Positions 1 to 11,160 of a stretch of 64,000 nt of DNA are shown here, piece after piece. Numbering within the stretch: the stretch's first letter is position 1; each line of letters opens with the position of its first letter. This stretch comes from Raillietiella orientalis (lineage: Eukaryota): assembly GCA_036172245.1 (NCBI GenBank), contig JAYWIR010000047.1, positions 310,001 through 374,000 on the forward strand, in the 5' to 3' direction. Made by a program: the position numbers and the translations under genes. The notes beneath the pieces are model-generated. The model was not told where the DNA came from. It worked only from the letters and a program-made list of their open reading frames with translations, and did no database searches.

Positions 1-1300
1 CTCGGCGTCCCCCCAGAGGAATCCATGGCAACCGGCGAAGAGATAAGAAGTCGAAATGCGCTGGAGCGGACTTTGAGTGATTCCCCGACGCCTGGTCGCA
101 CGTGCCGAGTCCCTCAGACTGACTTTTATCTAACAGACCGCAGCACGCGAACCATGCAGCAAGCTCCTTTGTCCTCCTCCCTCAGCATCCACACGCGTTT
201 CGTCCTCATTGGTCTGTTGACGAAAGAGGTCGCTCTGGGAAAGCAGGGAGCGGAGGAGCGCTCCTGCAGGACCTCGAAGATCCTCCTCGGGTGTGTGGGG
301 TGTCCCTGAACCGCATCGCAACTTGAGAGTCAGGGAATTCGTTCCCTTCTCCTATCCCGAAATCTCTCATCCTCCACAATCCAAGAAACCGGGTTTGGAC
401 AGTTCGCTAGGTGGCGGCAGGGCGGTGGACTCGGCTTCCTTCGCCTCGACGACCTGAGTGCAAGGCCTTCAGGACACTCGTTCGGTCAGTGCGCGGCCCC
501 CGTGTGAGGGCCCTTCGGACGGCAGTCTGAACCTGGTAAAGCTCGGAAGAGAAGAGGAAGAAGTGATCGGCACCCGGGTACCGATCGGGGAACAGGGATG
601 TCGTTCTTAAGAGACGGACTGATCCCAACTCATCCTGGATTCACCCTGGAATCGCCACTTTCGCCCGAATAGACGGAGCACTCAACGCGTCCACGCGCAA
701 GGCGCCCTCGGTGGCTATGGTTTTCTGCAGTGACCTCGAGGGGCGGGAGGCTCTCGTTCCCCGGAGCGAGTCTTCCTCTCTCCGCAGGGCTCTAGTGAGG
801 CAGAAGCGCCGGGACTTCGGGGTCGCGCAGTTGAAGGAAGGGGGAGGGGGAGGTATGTCACGCCCTTGGAAGAGCGGAACCGAATTCCCCCCGTCCCGAA
901 GCGCCCTCCAAACGCGCTCCGTCTCTTCGGCTTCAAAGTCCAACCAGCCGAGGCGCAGTCCCCGGTTCCCGGAAGGCTTTTGAACGAAAAACCGCGTTTG
1001 ACGGGTGGCGCTGTCGACGAGGGCGGCTGAGACAAACCACGCGGGCTCTTCCCCGCGTCGGTCGCCATGGAGAGGGACCTCGGTGGTAGGAGGCGGAACT
1101 TCCGGGTCCCGACGCAGCAAGAGGCGACCGTTCCTCCCCAGCAGCTCGTCTGGGCTGCCGGCTCACTTCGCGGACGCCCTGCGACCTTAGCCGGAGTTTC
1201 GGTTCTTCCTCTCTGTCCGGCAGATCGCTGCCCCCCGGAGCCGCTCTCCTCCTCCCTCAGAGCATCCTCGCGCGGCTGCTCAAAGATGGATGGTCCCGCT
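1..1300 (-). mobile_element. Decayed L1/Tx1-like non-LTR retrotransposon, RT region
   Basis: Minus frame (ORF 641-1120) reads LGWLDFEAEETERVWRAL (cf. LDfeKAFD.V) and RFCLTRALRRE (cf. RGVRQG). The reverse complement of ~175-215 (TGAGGACGAAACGCG) matches the + strand LINE at ~39765. Confidence 0.5.
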
Positions 1301-1379
1301 CCTCGTCCATAAATCACGCCTCCTAGGATTCTCCTCGCTAGTCGGGGAGTTGACCTTTCCCTCCTGCAGTCATTGTTGA

Positions 1380-2040
1380 AAAAACCCGGGACCTCTGTTG
1401 TAATGTATTGTTTCTCTCAATTACAACTGACTACGGACTTGCTAATGGGATGAGTCCCGGCTTCCCGGAGAGATGATGGTAATGAGGAACTCGCAGCCTC
1501 GCGCCGAGGACGCAATAAAGCTGGGGCCTCCCGAGCCAGGGTTTTCATTTCCGCCTCGGATTCCGCGGCAGTTAATCACCGGGAGCCCATCGCCGAGACA
1601 GATCACCATCGTGGGGACCGCGCGATGCCGGATTCCTGCCGCATACCTCACGGCGAGAGGAAGAATTTCCAATAAAAGGCGGCGAGAGCCGCCTCCCCAT
1701 TCGTCAGCGGCGCTCCGGGAACGCGCTAACGAGGGATCGTCTCCCGTGCTGGGCCTCCGACGCGGTTAGGCAAGGGAGCGTTTCGGAGAGGCCCGCGACC
1801 CGGCGGGGAAGGGTGGTTTGTAATTCTTTGACATACATTGGTGATTAACCACCGTCGAGTGGCTCCCGAGCACTTTATCCTCACTGACGAGCCCCCGTAA
1901 TGTGTCAGGTGCATGCGATCCCGTGATAAAAGCTCCCGTCAAACGTGCAAATGACGGTGTTCTCCGCTTAATGCGCTCCTGGAGGAGAGTCTGCATGTCA
2001 GGCGGCGCTGCCGTTTGCAACATCAAAACACTTCCGTTTT
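1380..2040. promoter_or_regulatory. Non-repetitive TAAT/TGATT-dense block, candidate intronic enhancer
   Basis: Lower GC than flanks, with clustered TAAT/ATTA, TGATTAA, TTAATCAC and ATAAA motifs and no TE protein motifs. Lies within the inferred first intron of the 8.4-8.9 kb gene. Confidence 0.3.
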
Positions 2041-2499
2041 CCGCCGCCGTCGCCTTCGTCCGGGATTTCTTTTCCTTATTCTTTCGATGGCGCTCTCGTT
2101 CACAACCTTTCCCCCCTTCGATGAATTCCGGAAACCGAGTGCAGCCTGGGGGGGGGGGGGAGGACGTCTCTTTCGATCTTTGCGCACGTCAAGAAGGCCG
2201 TCTCCGTTCGGCTATTCGCAGCAACCCGCGTCCCCACCCTCTCCCTTCCTCGCAGATGACTCCAAATCACTACTATGCTCCCTCCCCATTTCAGTTTTTC
2301 CGGGCGGCTACGCAGCAGCACAATCCCGAAACTCCGGTTCCGGGCACCCGATCGGAACTTTCCCTCTGCGAAGGCGTGTGGGGTCCTGTCGCAGAAGAGA
2401 GCGTCCCGAGGTTCTGTGCCCGAGGCGCGCGGAACGAAGCCGGCGGCGCAAATGGGGGGTGCCGCCAGTCGACCGCTTCTCGCGCGGGGGGCGGCATGC

Positions 2500-3110
2500 C
2501 GAGAAACTTCGCTAGGGTTTCTCCGTCGTGGCGACGCGCCCGTGGTCTCCACGAGGGCGAAACCAGACTTGCCGCGTTGCTGCGGACTTGGTCATCGGTC
2601 CAACAGAGGAGCGAATGCCCTGACGAACGCGTCCCGACGAGTGACGATGGCCGGAATCCCGGTCCCGTTCCAGGACTACTTTCCACCTCGAGAGTTCCAC
2701 TCACAATCTCTCCGAGACCTCCCGACGGACGCAGGAGCCTCACGGAGTGCCGAGAAGGTGCGTGCGACTTCATTGCGCACGCGATGCTGCCTGGGATGCG
2801 GTCACTCGGTCCCGTTCTGCCGGGACCAGAAGCACAGCGAATGGTTCTTTTCTGAGTTTTCATCTCTGGGGATCAACGCAACGGAAAAAGACCTCTGGCT
2901 AATGCACCTGGAGAACACAGCGCGGGAGCCTCGGTACTGCGTGGTAGTCTTCACGTTGAAACGGAAACGCCAGCCCGAACCCTTCTTGAGTGCTCTGTGC
3001 AAAGAAGCAGAACTGGAAGACGCGGGAAGGTGCGCGGTGTTCCTCGCTCAGTGGTTTCACCAGCGGGCGCGCTGCGAGTACACCCGCGAGGCATTACCTC
3101 AGGGTGTACT
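2500..3110 (+). mobile_element. Decayed RTE-like LINE, APE endonuclease fragment
   Basis: GACDFIAHA at ~2757-2783 (cf. GDFNAHV), followed by degenerate RN.NG..L..F and IDY.L...W motifs. Confidence 0.45.
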
Positions 3111-3130
3111 CGTACCCTCTTAACCTTACG

Positions 3131-3430
3131 ACTCCATTTTCACAATCGGAAAGGAGACGACTCCTTGGTTCGTGGAAAGACCCCGGAGGTCTTGGGAGTC
3201 AACCAACTGGGAGTGGACCCGGAGGGTCAACATCCAATCCCAACGAAACTACGGAGACATCCGGTTTTCGGCTTGCACCAATGCTGCAGCACGCGAACCA
3301 ACCAGCGTCATCTTGTGGGGGGAGGAACGCCTGGTACCACGCGCCAAGATTGCAGCCTCACTACCGCCAACGCTGGAAAACCGATGGGACACCAGGATTG
3401 CCGTCGGTGCCAGAGATGGAAAGGGATTTT
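3131..3430 (-). mobile_element. tRNA-headed SINE family copy (head and body)
   Basis: Reverse complement contains TGGCACCGAC, CCCCACAAGATGACGCTGGTTGG, GCAAGCCGAAAACC and CCTCCGGGGTCTTTCCACGAACCAAGGA, collinear with the copies at 18.3, 22.5, 27.2 and 50.2 kb. Confidence 0.7.
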
Positions 3431-3779
3431 TCTCCAGGTTCCGAATCATCTCAGGAAGCGTTGCCGGCTCTGCATCGAGAGACATCCCGGAACCAAGGGA
3501 CACCTAGGGTGGAGTCACCGCTGCGGTTTGACCTCTTCCTAGGTCACTCGACTCTCGCTGCCCACCCGCAAGCCGCGCCGACAGCGTTTCAGAAGGCACG
3601 CGAGCGAAAGGGAGGAACGCGTATCAGGAACGTGCCCTTTCTCTTTCGCTCCCGGGAGGAATCCGAGCGTCGACTCGCGCGATCGGCGTTGGCCCGTCGG
3701 GGTGCTGAGGCTCCTGGAACGGACGCGTTCTGCAAGAGATGCTGGAAAATGCAGAGATACACGCCAGTTAGCTCTGTTT

Positions 3780-5640
3780 AGCCGACTGGATGGAGCTAGC
3801 AGTCGGTGCCTCTGCGTTCCTCACCATCTTGCGATCTTCAAGTGCTGCCCACCTCCTTGTTCCGTTTCCTACGAGACTTCGGAGTCCCTTCCGAAAATTT
3901 TCTGTTCGCACCCTCCGCATCGGCTGATACGGGTTCTTCTCAGACGTCACTGTCAGGAGTGCAAGAAGTGCGTGCGTTGCATACTCGCGGCACCATCACC
4001 TTCCCAAAGATGATGGTGCCGTCCAGTATCCAACACACGGCCGCAGAATCTGACAAGCACACCCTTCGGACAAACGAGGGCGACCTCCTACGTACCCGAG
4101 ACCACCATCTGCCTAAAGGTAGGTGGTGGTAGACCCGCGCGCAACGACGAAGCCCAAGCAAGCGGGCATGGCTTTCAGCGGGAACCTCCCGTTCCCGAGC
4201 CGCAGGGGTGCGAATACGAGTCTCAGAGTGAGACCGCCGGACATAGCCCCAACTTGGCGCCGGACGGCCCTCGTCCCCAGTTGAAATAGGGCTTTCGTTC
4301 AGAGCTCTGATCGTCCGCATTTCTTAGAGCTGCACGATCCATTGGATCGCCCATTTGGAAGAGGAAATTAAAGGCAAAAGTCCAGTCTGACCGCCCCCTC
4401 GCACTCCCCTTACTTGAAATACTTCCTAGGGACAGAAATCGCTTCCTCCATCCTGCAAGCATGAATCAGCTATCAAACGGTCACACGACCTTGCAGACAT
4501 GGTGGCCTTCTGTTCTCTTCCCGCCACAGCCGTTCCCCTGACGAAACTTCTGTGGGACTCCCGCATTCTCTCGTGGTTACTGGAGGGGAAAAGCAGTCCT
4601 TCCTCCTCGGTGTTTTGACTCTGCTGCTGGAAACTGGCGTTCCGAACGATCCCAGAAAATCCTTTGGACCACGGCTTCTTCCTCTTCGGCTGCTGCTGCT
4701 ACTTTTGCTTCTGTTTATGCTTCCTCTACTGTTGCTACTGCTATCTTCGCTGCTGTTTCTTTTGCTGCTTCTGCTGCCCTGTTCACCGAGCACTCATTCC
4801 CATGCTCCAAAAAGTCCCTTGGACCACGGCACTGATCTCGCGTTTGCTCGAATTGCGGAATCCCTGGAGAGAAATCATCGCACTATCGAACGGAGCACCC
4901 AGAAGCGATCAGGGGACGATGTACGCCTCGGCCCGGGGTGTCCTGCTCCCGACTGCCATCTCCGACCAGGCATGCCTGAACCAGTCTTTGTTCGCTTTGG
5001 CCGAAAGGTGGGCAGGCGGACACCACTACGATCCCTGTCTCCCCTGTCAACGAGAAGACAGGGATCGTGAGCACGTCGTAGAAACGCTGAAAACTCGGGC
5101 GTCACTGTTTCCTTCGCTTCATGGAAACAGGAGCTCCTTCAAGGATAACGGAAGGGAAGCAGCAGCTCACCAGGCTACGGAGCTGAGCGACTGGTCCCGC
5201 GCTTTGCTTCGCTCAGCAGCGTGCTGCACTCTTCTCATCTCTCGCAGATGGCGCATTTTGCTCCTGGCATCTCTCGAGGGGGGACGAGAAGGTTCCATGC
5301 ACGATCCGGGATCCTAGATGTGCGGAACCGGGAGAGGGAGACAACCGCTCTTGTGGGGCGCCAGTTAGGAAGCTGTTCAAGAGAGCCACTGGCAACCATT
5401 TGGCTCCTCTTCCTTCTCTGCAAGTCTTCCCGCATAAGGGTGCGCGTCCGAGGAGACCCTTCGAGATGGAGGGACGTCTCGGGTTCCAGCCGGGTGAGGA
5501 CCACAAATTTCCGATCCGGCAGGCGCGAGGAGACACCTCTCTCTCTTCTGCAGCTGTCTGCAGCTCGGCCGGAAAATCCGACAGGATTTTCTTTCCTACT
5601 CCTGTTCGCGTGAAATCATTCTGAGGAAACGGGACGCGGC
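3780..5640 (-). mobile_element. Decayed RTE-clade LINE (EN, RT and C-terminal fragments, internally deleted)
   Basis: Minus strand: IVVVSACPP (cf. IVSAYAPT) at ~5020, a GVR.G...L.FNFLF-like stretch at ~4350-4420, and KVMVPRVC / GLRSLVG at ~3870-4000 (cf. TK..VYRA.V..LLYG.E.W and CLR.IL). Confidence 0.6.
4681..4778. repeat. Degenerate (CTG/CTA/CTT)n trinucleotide microsatellite
   Basis: ctgctgctgctacttttgcttctg...ctactgttgctactgcta...ctgctg; produces the poly-Leu and poly-Ser ORFs in the track. Confidence 0.85.
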
Positions 5641-6249
5641 ATCCAGGAAGCCCTTTCGCCTGCGTCGAGGGCTTTCAGCGAGCTCTGTGCCAGGACGGCA
5701 ACCGTGGCAGAGGAGCATGGAAAAAGCGAACGGTCCAATGATGTTCTGGCGCTCTCGGATGCAAATGAGTCCACAAGGAGGGCGCAAGGGAGAGCAAACT
5801 GTCGAGAAGAAAGCGACCGGGAGGAGAAAGAGAGGGGAAAGTGGACAGGAAGGGGAGAGCCATCAGACCTCTCCGAGGCTGACGTGGGAACCTGTCGCTC
5901 CGGGACGGCTGTTGTCGATGCCGGAGTCCCCGCAAAGTTCTCTCCTTCCCGTGGCTCCTGGCTCGGCCTGTGGATGTGTCGGTAAAAACGAAACCGAAAG
6001 CGACCCACGTGGTAGGATGGGAAGCGTCGGAGGGAGAGGGAGCTGGCTTTTTTTTTCTCCTCTCCCCCTCCCCCTAGGGACTGCGGTCTCCGCGCCGCAA
6101 GTGAGCTCGGGAGAACGCGATCCCGGGACACACCTGGAGGAAGCTTCGGGGAATTTCTCCCGAGACGAAAAAGGAGGAGGCTCTCGAGGTAGCGCGAAAA
6201 GTCTGGAAGTCTCATCATCGCCGCTGCATCTTCCAAAGTTCCGGGGACA

Positions 6250-7800
6250 AGAGCTGGGGGGCATTACGTGGACACCGACCCCTTACCGGAAGACTGAGAA
6301 TCTTCAGCGGCAGGGGATTGAGCATCGACCCATCCCAGACCGGACAGCCGGTGGGCCGCGTGGGAGCCCTTGCCACGCTGGGGTAGGGAGGAAGGACCTC
6401 CTTGGCTCTCTCAGCGAAAGACCAGGAGCCAAGCCCGAAGCGCGAGGAAGAAATGCAGGCGCGCATTGGCGGATCAGCGCTCGCCAGCGCCCGATGCCTT
6501 GCGCGCTCTCAACGGGGCCACGCGACGCGGTATCCACATGGGCGCGTTGAGTGGCCCTCTAAGGAATGCCCTGGAGAGAAAGGGGGTGACCTGAATTTTC
6601 CGGGGCACTGCGCAGGTGCTCTGCTCCTCGAAAGGCTGAGTTGGACACGGCTGTTCCCGGAGGCGCATCCGGAAGGTGTGCAGGTCTCCCGTCCATCCCC
6701 CGACAGCAAGCGCCCTGGCCGGATCCCCGGAAGCCGCTGGCCCTTTCGTTCCCCCTTTCCGGCTCCAGATTCTGTTGTCCACCATCCTATCTTTCCCTGA
6801 CCATTTGCCCCGGGCCACGGCGAGGCGGTGGACGCCCGTCTTTGGCGCGCCGACTCGGTTGCCTTTGGCGCCGGAAGTAAAGCGTCCCACCGCGCGCGAG
6901 AAGGTCCCGGCTCCTCGACCTCGCGCCGATTTGCCCTCAGTGTCTGCTCTTCGGGTGGAGGACCTGACCTGAAGGCCGTCTTCCTTGAAGCCCGGGGTAT
7001 CGGAGAGGCCTCACGGCAGGAGACCGCGCTCGAGGGGTAGCGCGGAGGCCAACTCCAACGCGACCTCCACCCGCGACCCGACACGACCTGTTTCCCAGGA
7101 TCCATTGGATTCGTAATCGGCGCTATGAGGAGGCTCTCCAGGACGCGCACCGAGCAGAAAGGACGGGCGGCGGCGAGCCAAGAGGCGGGAGCGGAACTCC
7201 TTCACATCGTCCCCCGGTAGACCAGATGATCGCCCACAGCGATCTTCCAGGAAGCGGTCCTTTCTGGCACTGGACGGCGTCACAGCGATGGGATCCGGGG
7301 GAATTCCCCCTTGCCGCCGGAGGACCGGGGCTACTGCGCGTGTGCTCTCCCTTCTCCCCTGCCAGCCGGAAGAGACGGCGCCGTCTGGAACCTTCGGCCG
7401 GCCGTTTGGAGGAAAAGGTCCCCGGGCGCATCCGCCGGAAGAGCTGGAAGATCCATTTGACCTCCCCCCTGACCCTCTGATCAAAGGAGCTCCGGACAGG
7501 AAGATCTCGGAATTCCCCGCCGCTCCAGCGGTGGTTCAGACGGACGCGCGGGGCATTGAAGGAAGGGGGAGGAGGGAAAGAGCAAGAAATGCGTTCGTCA
7601 GGGGGGTGCGAGTGGGGAAGGAGGCGTTTGGACCGATCTCCCGCCACCTCGAGCGCGCTGCTCTCTTCGAGGAAGGAAAGAAGGGGTGGGGAGTGGTCGA
7701 GGAGGGAGAGGATCGCCTTGGCCTTTGCCCATCGAGGGCGTTTCGCCAACTCTCCGAGCGGCATCGCCTAGCAACAGAGGCTCCCTGTCCTTCGGGAGGG
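6250..7800 (+). mobile_element. Decayed L1/Tx1-like ORF2 (APE endonuclease to N-terminal RT)
   Basis: GGDLNF at ~6582 (cf. GGDFN), FPEAHPE, FPDHL at ~6795 (cf. SDH), LIKGAPDRK..., NAFVRGVR (cf. Q.AFVPGR) and LGLCPSRAFRQL (cf. LD..KAFDRV), all in the expected order. Confidence 0.6.
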
Positions 7801-8428
7801 CCTTCCTTCCATTAGCGGGACGGGAAAAGAGGAGGCGATGAGGCTCGCCGAAGGAAAGGAGAGGGAGGATGCCGAAAACGCGCGTGCAGACGTCAGCAGG
7901 GGAGACCGAGGTTCAAGGAGGGCCAAGAGCTACTTGGCTGACGCTTTCGAAAGCCGAGGTCGAGACGCTAGGGCTCCGAGGCGCCGCCCCCGTCCACAGT
8001 CGGCTCCGGCGTGAGGCCCGCGGGAGGGCACGAGGGCGTCAGGGACGGGAATCTTCCGCGTTCTCGAGGGGGCGACGCTTTGGTCGCGCGTGTGCCCCTT
8101 CCCCCCCCCCCCTTTCCCCACGCGGGACTCGGGCGACGGCAAGGGGGTCTATCACCGGGAGAGTGCAAGGCGGAGCAAGCGAGGAGCTCGCGAGATGCTC
8201 CCCCGCCCCGGAAAGCCGCAGGAGAGGAAGAGACCGCCACCGCGCGCGCCATCCCCGCTCTCCGAGCGGTACTTCCGGTTAACTTCCGCGCGCGCACGCC
8301 TCCTGGAAGTGCGCACCCAGGAGAAGGAGGGAGAAGAGGGTGCGTCGGCGGCCCCCTCCCGGGAGACGGAGGGAGAGGCGTCGAGCCGCGGGGCTGAGCC
8401 GGTCGCGCCAAAGAAGCAAAGGGCTTAC

Positions 8429-8885
8429 CTCTTGGAGCGGCCCTTTCTGGCTTCTGGAACGGGAAGCAGCTGGGATCCGGGAGTAGGGAGCCCGGGCCTC
8501 CCTGCTTCAGGAAGTGGACCATGCTGGGCAGCACCGGAGCCACGCCGAGGCACGACTGGTTGTACCAGAACCGGGGATACTGCAGCAAGGAGAACCAGAG
8601 CTGCTCCTGTCCCCCCGCGGCGGGGTAGGGGGGGTAAAGAGGGCCTGGAGGGAACGCTTCCACGTCGGCCGCTTTCGGAAGGTCCACGGCCGGCGGCGCC
8701 TGGGGGTCTAGGAAGAGCGGGCAGGGGTGGGGGAGGAAGGCACCCCGCCCCGGGGGTGAGGCCCGGGAGGCCACCGGCGCGCCCGGGTTACCTGCGGCGG
8801 CGAGGCGAGGCGTGCCCTTGGGGTTGACCAGCCTAAAGGCGCTCGTGGTCTCCTCGAAGTTTATGGACGCGCCCTCCTTCAGCAT
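8429..8885 (-). CDS. Probable first coding exon (152 codons + 1 nt, phase-1 intron) of a host gene. Pro-rich N-terminus compatible with a transcription factor, tentatively Gfi-1/senseless-like.
   Basis: ATG at 8885 (context GGAAC-ATG). Open frame MLKEGASINFEETTSAFRLVNPKG...EQLWFSLLQYPRFWYNQSCLGVAPVLPSMVHFLKQ...PERAAPR with strong GC3 codon usage and non-TE composition. It ends at a canonical donor AG|GTAAGC (8428-8423). The family guess rests only on my recollection of an SAFR.V.PK N-terminal motif; no zinc fingers are present in the window. Confidence 0.6.
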
Positions 8886-9420
8886 GTTCCGTGGCGGCGA
8901 GAAGGGGAAGGGGGGCGCGGACGCGGCCCCTTCTTGGCCCCTGCGGCCTACCACCGGGTCGCACCGGTGGCGCGCTCGCACTAGCGCTGCTGCTGCTTCT
9001 GGCGGCGACTGCCGGGGTCACGCATGCCCACTTCCTCGCTCCCGCTTGGTCGTCCCAGTGCCTCCTCCTGAAGGATCCGGGAGCGCGCGGCGTGCTCGTC
9101 CCGGCGGGTCGGGAGAGCGAGTGTGGCGGGAGCGGCTCCCGCCGGCCGGCCGCGATCCCGCGACCGCCGGGACGGGCGTGCCGCCCTCGACGCGCCTCCC
9201 ATTGGCGCGCCGGGAGGCGGCGGCCCGCCCCCCGCTAGCGCCTCTTCCCGATCGCCGCCGAGATTTCGATCCCGCGTCCTCCGGCGCTCGCAGCCGGGGC
9301 GCCCGCGCGGCTGCGAGGAACGCCGGGATTCGCGGTTTCCCGTTCGCTCCCCCTCCCCCTCCGGCGGCCGCCTCGAAGCGGACGACGGCGAAAGGATGTT
9401 CGGCTCGCGAGACAGGGAGA
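8886..9420 (-). promoter_or_regulatory. CpG-dense 5' UTR/promoter-like region of the 8.4-8.9 kb gene
   Basis: Extremely GC/CpG-rich and TE-free, directly upstream of the ATG. Minus-strand CCAAT (+ ATTGG at ~9201) and GC-box-like CCCGCCCC at ~9225. Confidence 0.4.
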
Positions 9421-9689
9421 GAGCGGACCGGTGCCCCCCCTCCTCCCCTACTCTAACCACTGGCTTCCGGAGCTTCTCCCCCTTTTGGCGGTCTGGAAGC
9501 CCCGGGAGGGAAGGAGAGGAGGAGAAGGGAAAGCGGGGTGAGCGCAAGGCCACCGCTCCGTAGCGCGCGCGCGTCCTCGGCTGCCGCGTCACCGAGGACG
9601 GGTGCGAGAGGGGGGGGGGGGGAGGGGGAAGATGGCAGAGGTTTACCCAATCGATCCTCGGGATGTTGCTGTACCGCCTGGCTCGTCCG

Positions 9690-11160
9690 AAGACGAGCTC
9701 GCCATCCCAGCTCTGCAGGAGGGCGGGTTGCCAGGCGCTCAGCGTTCGCGCCAACGTGAGAGCGATCGATGGACTCCGTGGGCACACGGTGAGCAGCCAG
9801 ACGAACCCTGCGTGGCCCTGAGGGATAAGGAAGAAGTCCTCCTCCTCCTCTGGAATCATCTCCACCCCTCGTCTCCTGTCCCACAAAGCGGATGGCGCGC
9901 GGAGTCGCCGTTAAGGTCGCCGCCTCCGCGTGGTGCCTTTGCATGGCACAAGCGAGGGAGGGGAGAGCAAAAGGGGAAGGGGTGCCCGCTCCTTCGGTCG
10001 GCACACCTCGGTCTGCGCACCATGACTGCGGTGGAATCCGGGAGCGCCGATGGGAGACCTCGGACTCCCAGGAGTGAGGTCTTCAGGCCGGACTCCCCGC
10101 CTCCACTTCCGCGAAGGTCCGCCGTCAGCTCCCGAAAGCTCGAAGCCATGGGTGAATTGCCGGCTGCTGCATCCCGACCATCTCTCTTTTTACCCACCAA
10201 TCCTCCTCCTTCTCTCTCTCCTACTGCTTCTGTTGCTTTCAGTTCTTCTTCGTGTTCTCCTTCTTCTCCTGCCGCTGCTGTTCCTTCTTCTGCTGCTGCC
10301 AGCTGCTGCTCTGCAGCTGACGAGGGGTGGGTGCTCTGGTCGCGGAGCATCCACCCCCATGCTCCGGATGGAGCTCAGGGGAAATCCATGAATTCCGGGA
10401 GACGCTGCAGGGAACCCGGCGCGCTTACGAGAGCGCCCGCCGACGTGGGGCTTGGAGCAGCTGACGAGAAGGCCGAAGGAGAAAGGGGGTGGATAGGTAA
10501 AGGAAGCACCAGCCGACTCCTCTCCCCCCCTGACACGGTGGGGAGGGCAGACTGGGCGGATGTCGGATGGACGACGACCTCGCTCTGGGAGCCTGGTCGC
10601 GCCATGCCTAACTGCGTGCTGCAGAGGGCACGCGCGCGTGTGGACTTCAAGAAAGCGCGCTTCGCCGCCACTCGTAGGGCCCTCGCAGAAGATGGGCTGT
10701 GGCCATCCCCGGAGGCTTAGAATCGACTCTGGTCGTCATGGATTCCTTTACGCTAGGATCTCACTGGAGCACTTGCTGCTACCAGCAGGATCTGCGCTGA
10801 TGGCGGCTCTGGGCTAGTCAACGCCGTGACCTTTTCGCGCGCACCGTGGCTCCTCTCCCACTGCCCGGGGGACTGCTGCTCTCAAGAGCCACCTATCTTC
10901 CGGGCAGGTCGCCATGGCAGGCCGATCGCTTTCCGAGCGGATCCCCGCTTTCACAGTTGCCATCGTCCAGCTGCCCACGGCAACCAGCGCCTTTTCCCGG
11001 AATTCGCCGAGTGCGCCGCATCCCAGCGGCGTGCGTTTCGTCTCGCGCATCGCCAGGCCGGATCCAACATGGAGGCCGCAATTGGCTCCGGCCCACTTCG
11101 GCATTCCCTCAAAACTGGACGTCCTACCCATTTGACGCCGGAGCACGGATTGGGGTCATT
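9690..11160 (+). mobile_element. Decayed RTE-clade LINE (EN start and RT), internally deleted
   Basis: DELAIPALQEGGL at ~9692 (cf. DIAALQETRL), PGDCCSQEP at ~10865 (cf. KGD..C.NYR), ASQRRAFR (cf. ESQCGFR) and FGIPSKL at ~11097. Confidence 0.6.
10200..10320. repeat. Degenerate (CTT/CTC/CTG)n microsatellite
   Basis: tcctcctccttctctctctcctactgcttctgttgct...cttcttctgctgctgccagctgctgc. Confidence 0.8.

Noticed and set aside
3594..3651. Crossing complementary segments suggesting a pseudoknot
   Set aside because: Loop lengths do not fit an H-type pseudoknot, it is a single instance, and such pairing is plausible by chance in purine/pyrimidine-skewed DNA.
4552..5070. Poly-Leu ORF resembling a signal peptide or TM protein
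   Set aside because: The Leu run is the translation of a (CTG)n microsatellite inside an RTE fossil.
9602..10720. 372-aa + strand ORF
   Set aside because: A patchwork of a decayed RTE endonuclease and a microsatellite-derived Ser/Ala tract, not a host gene.
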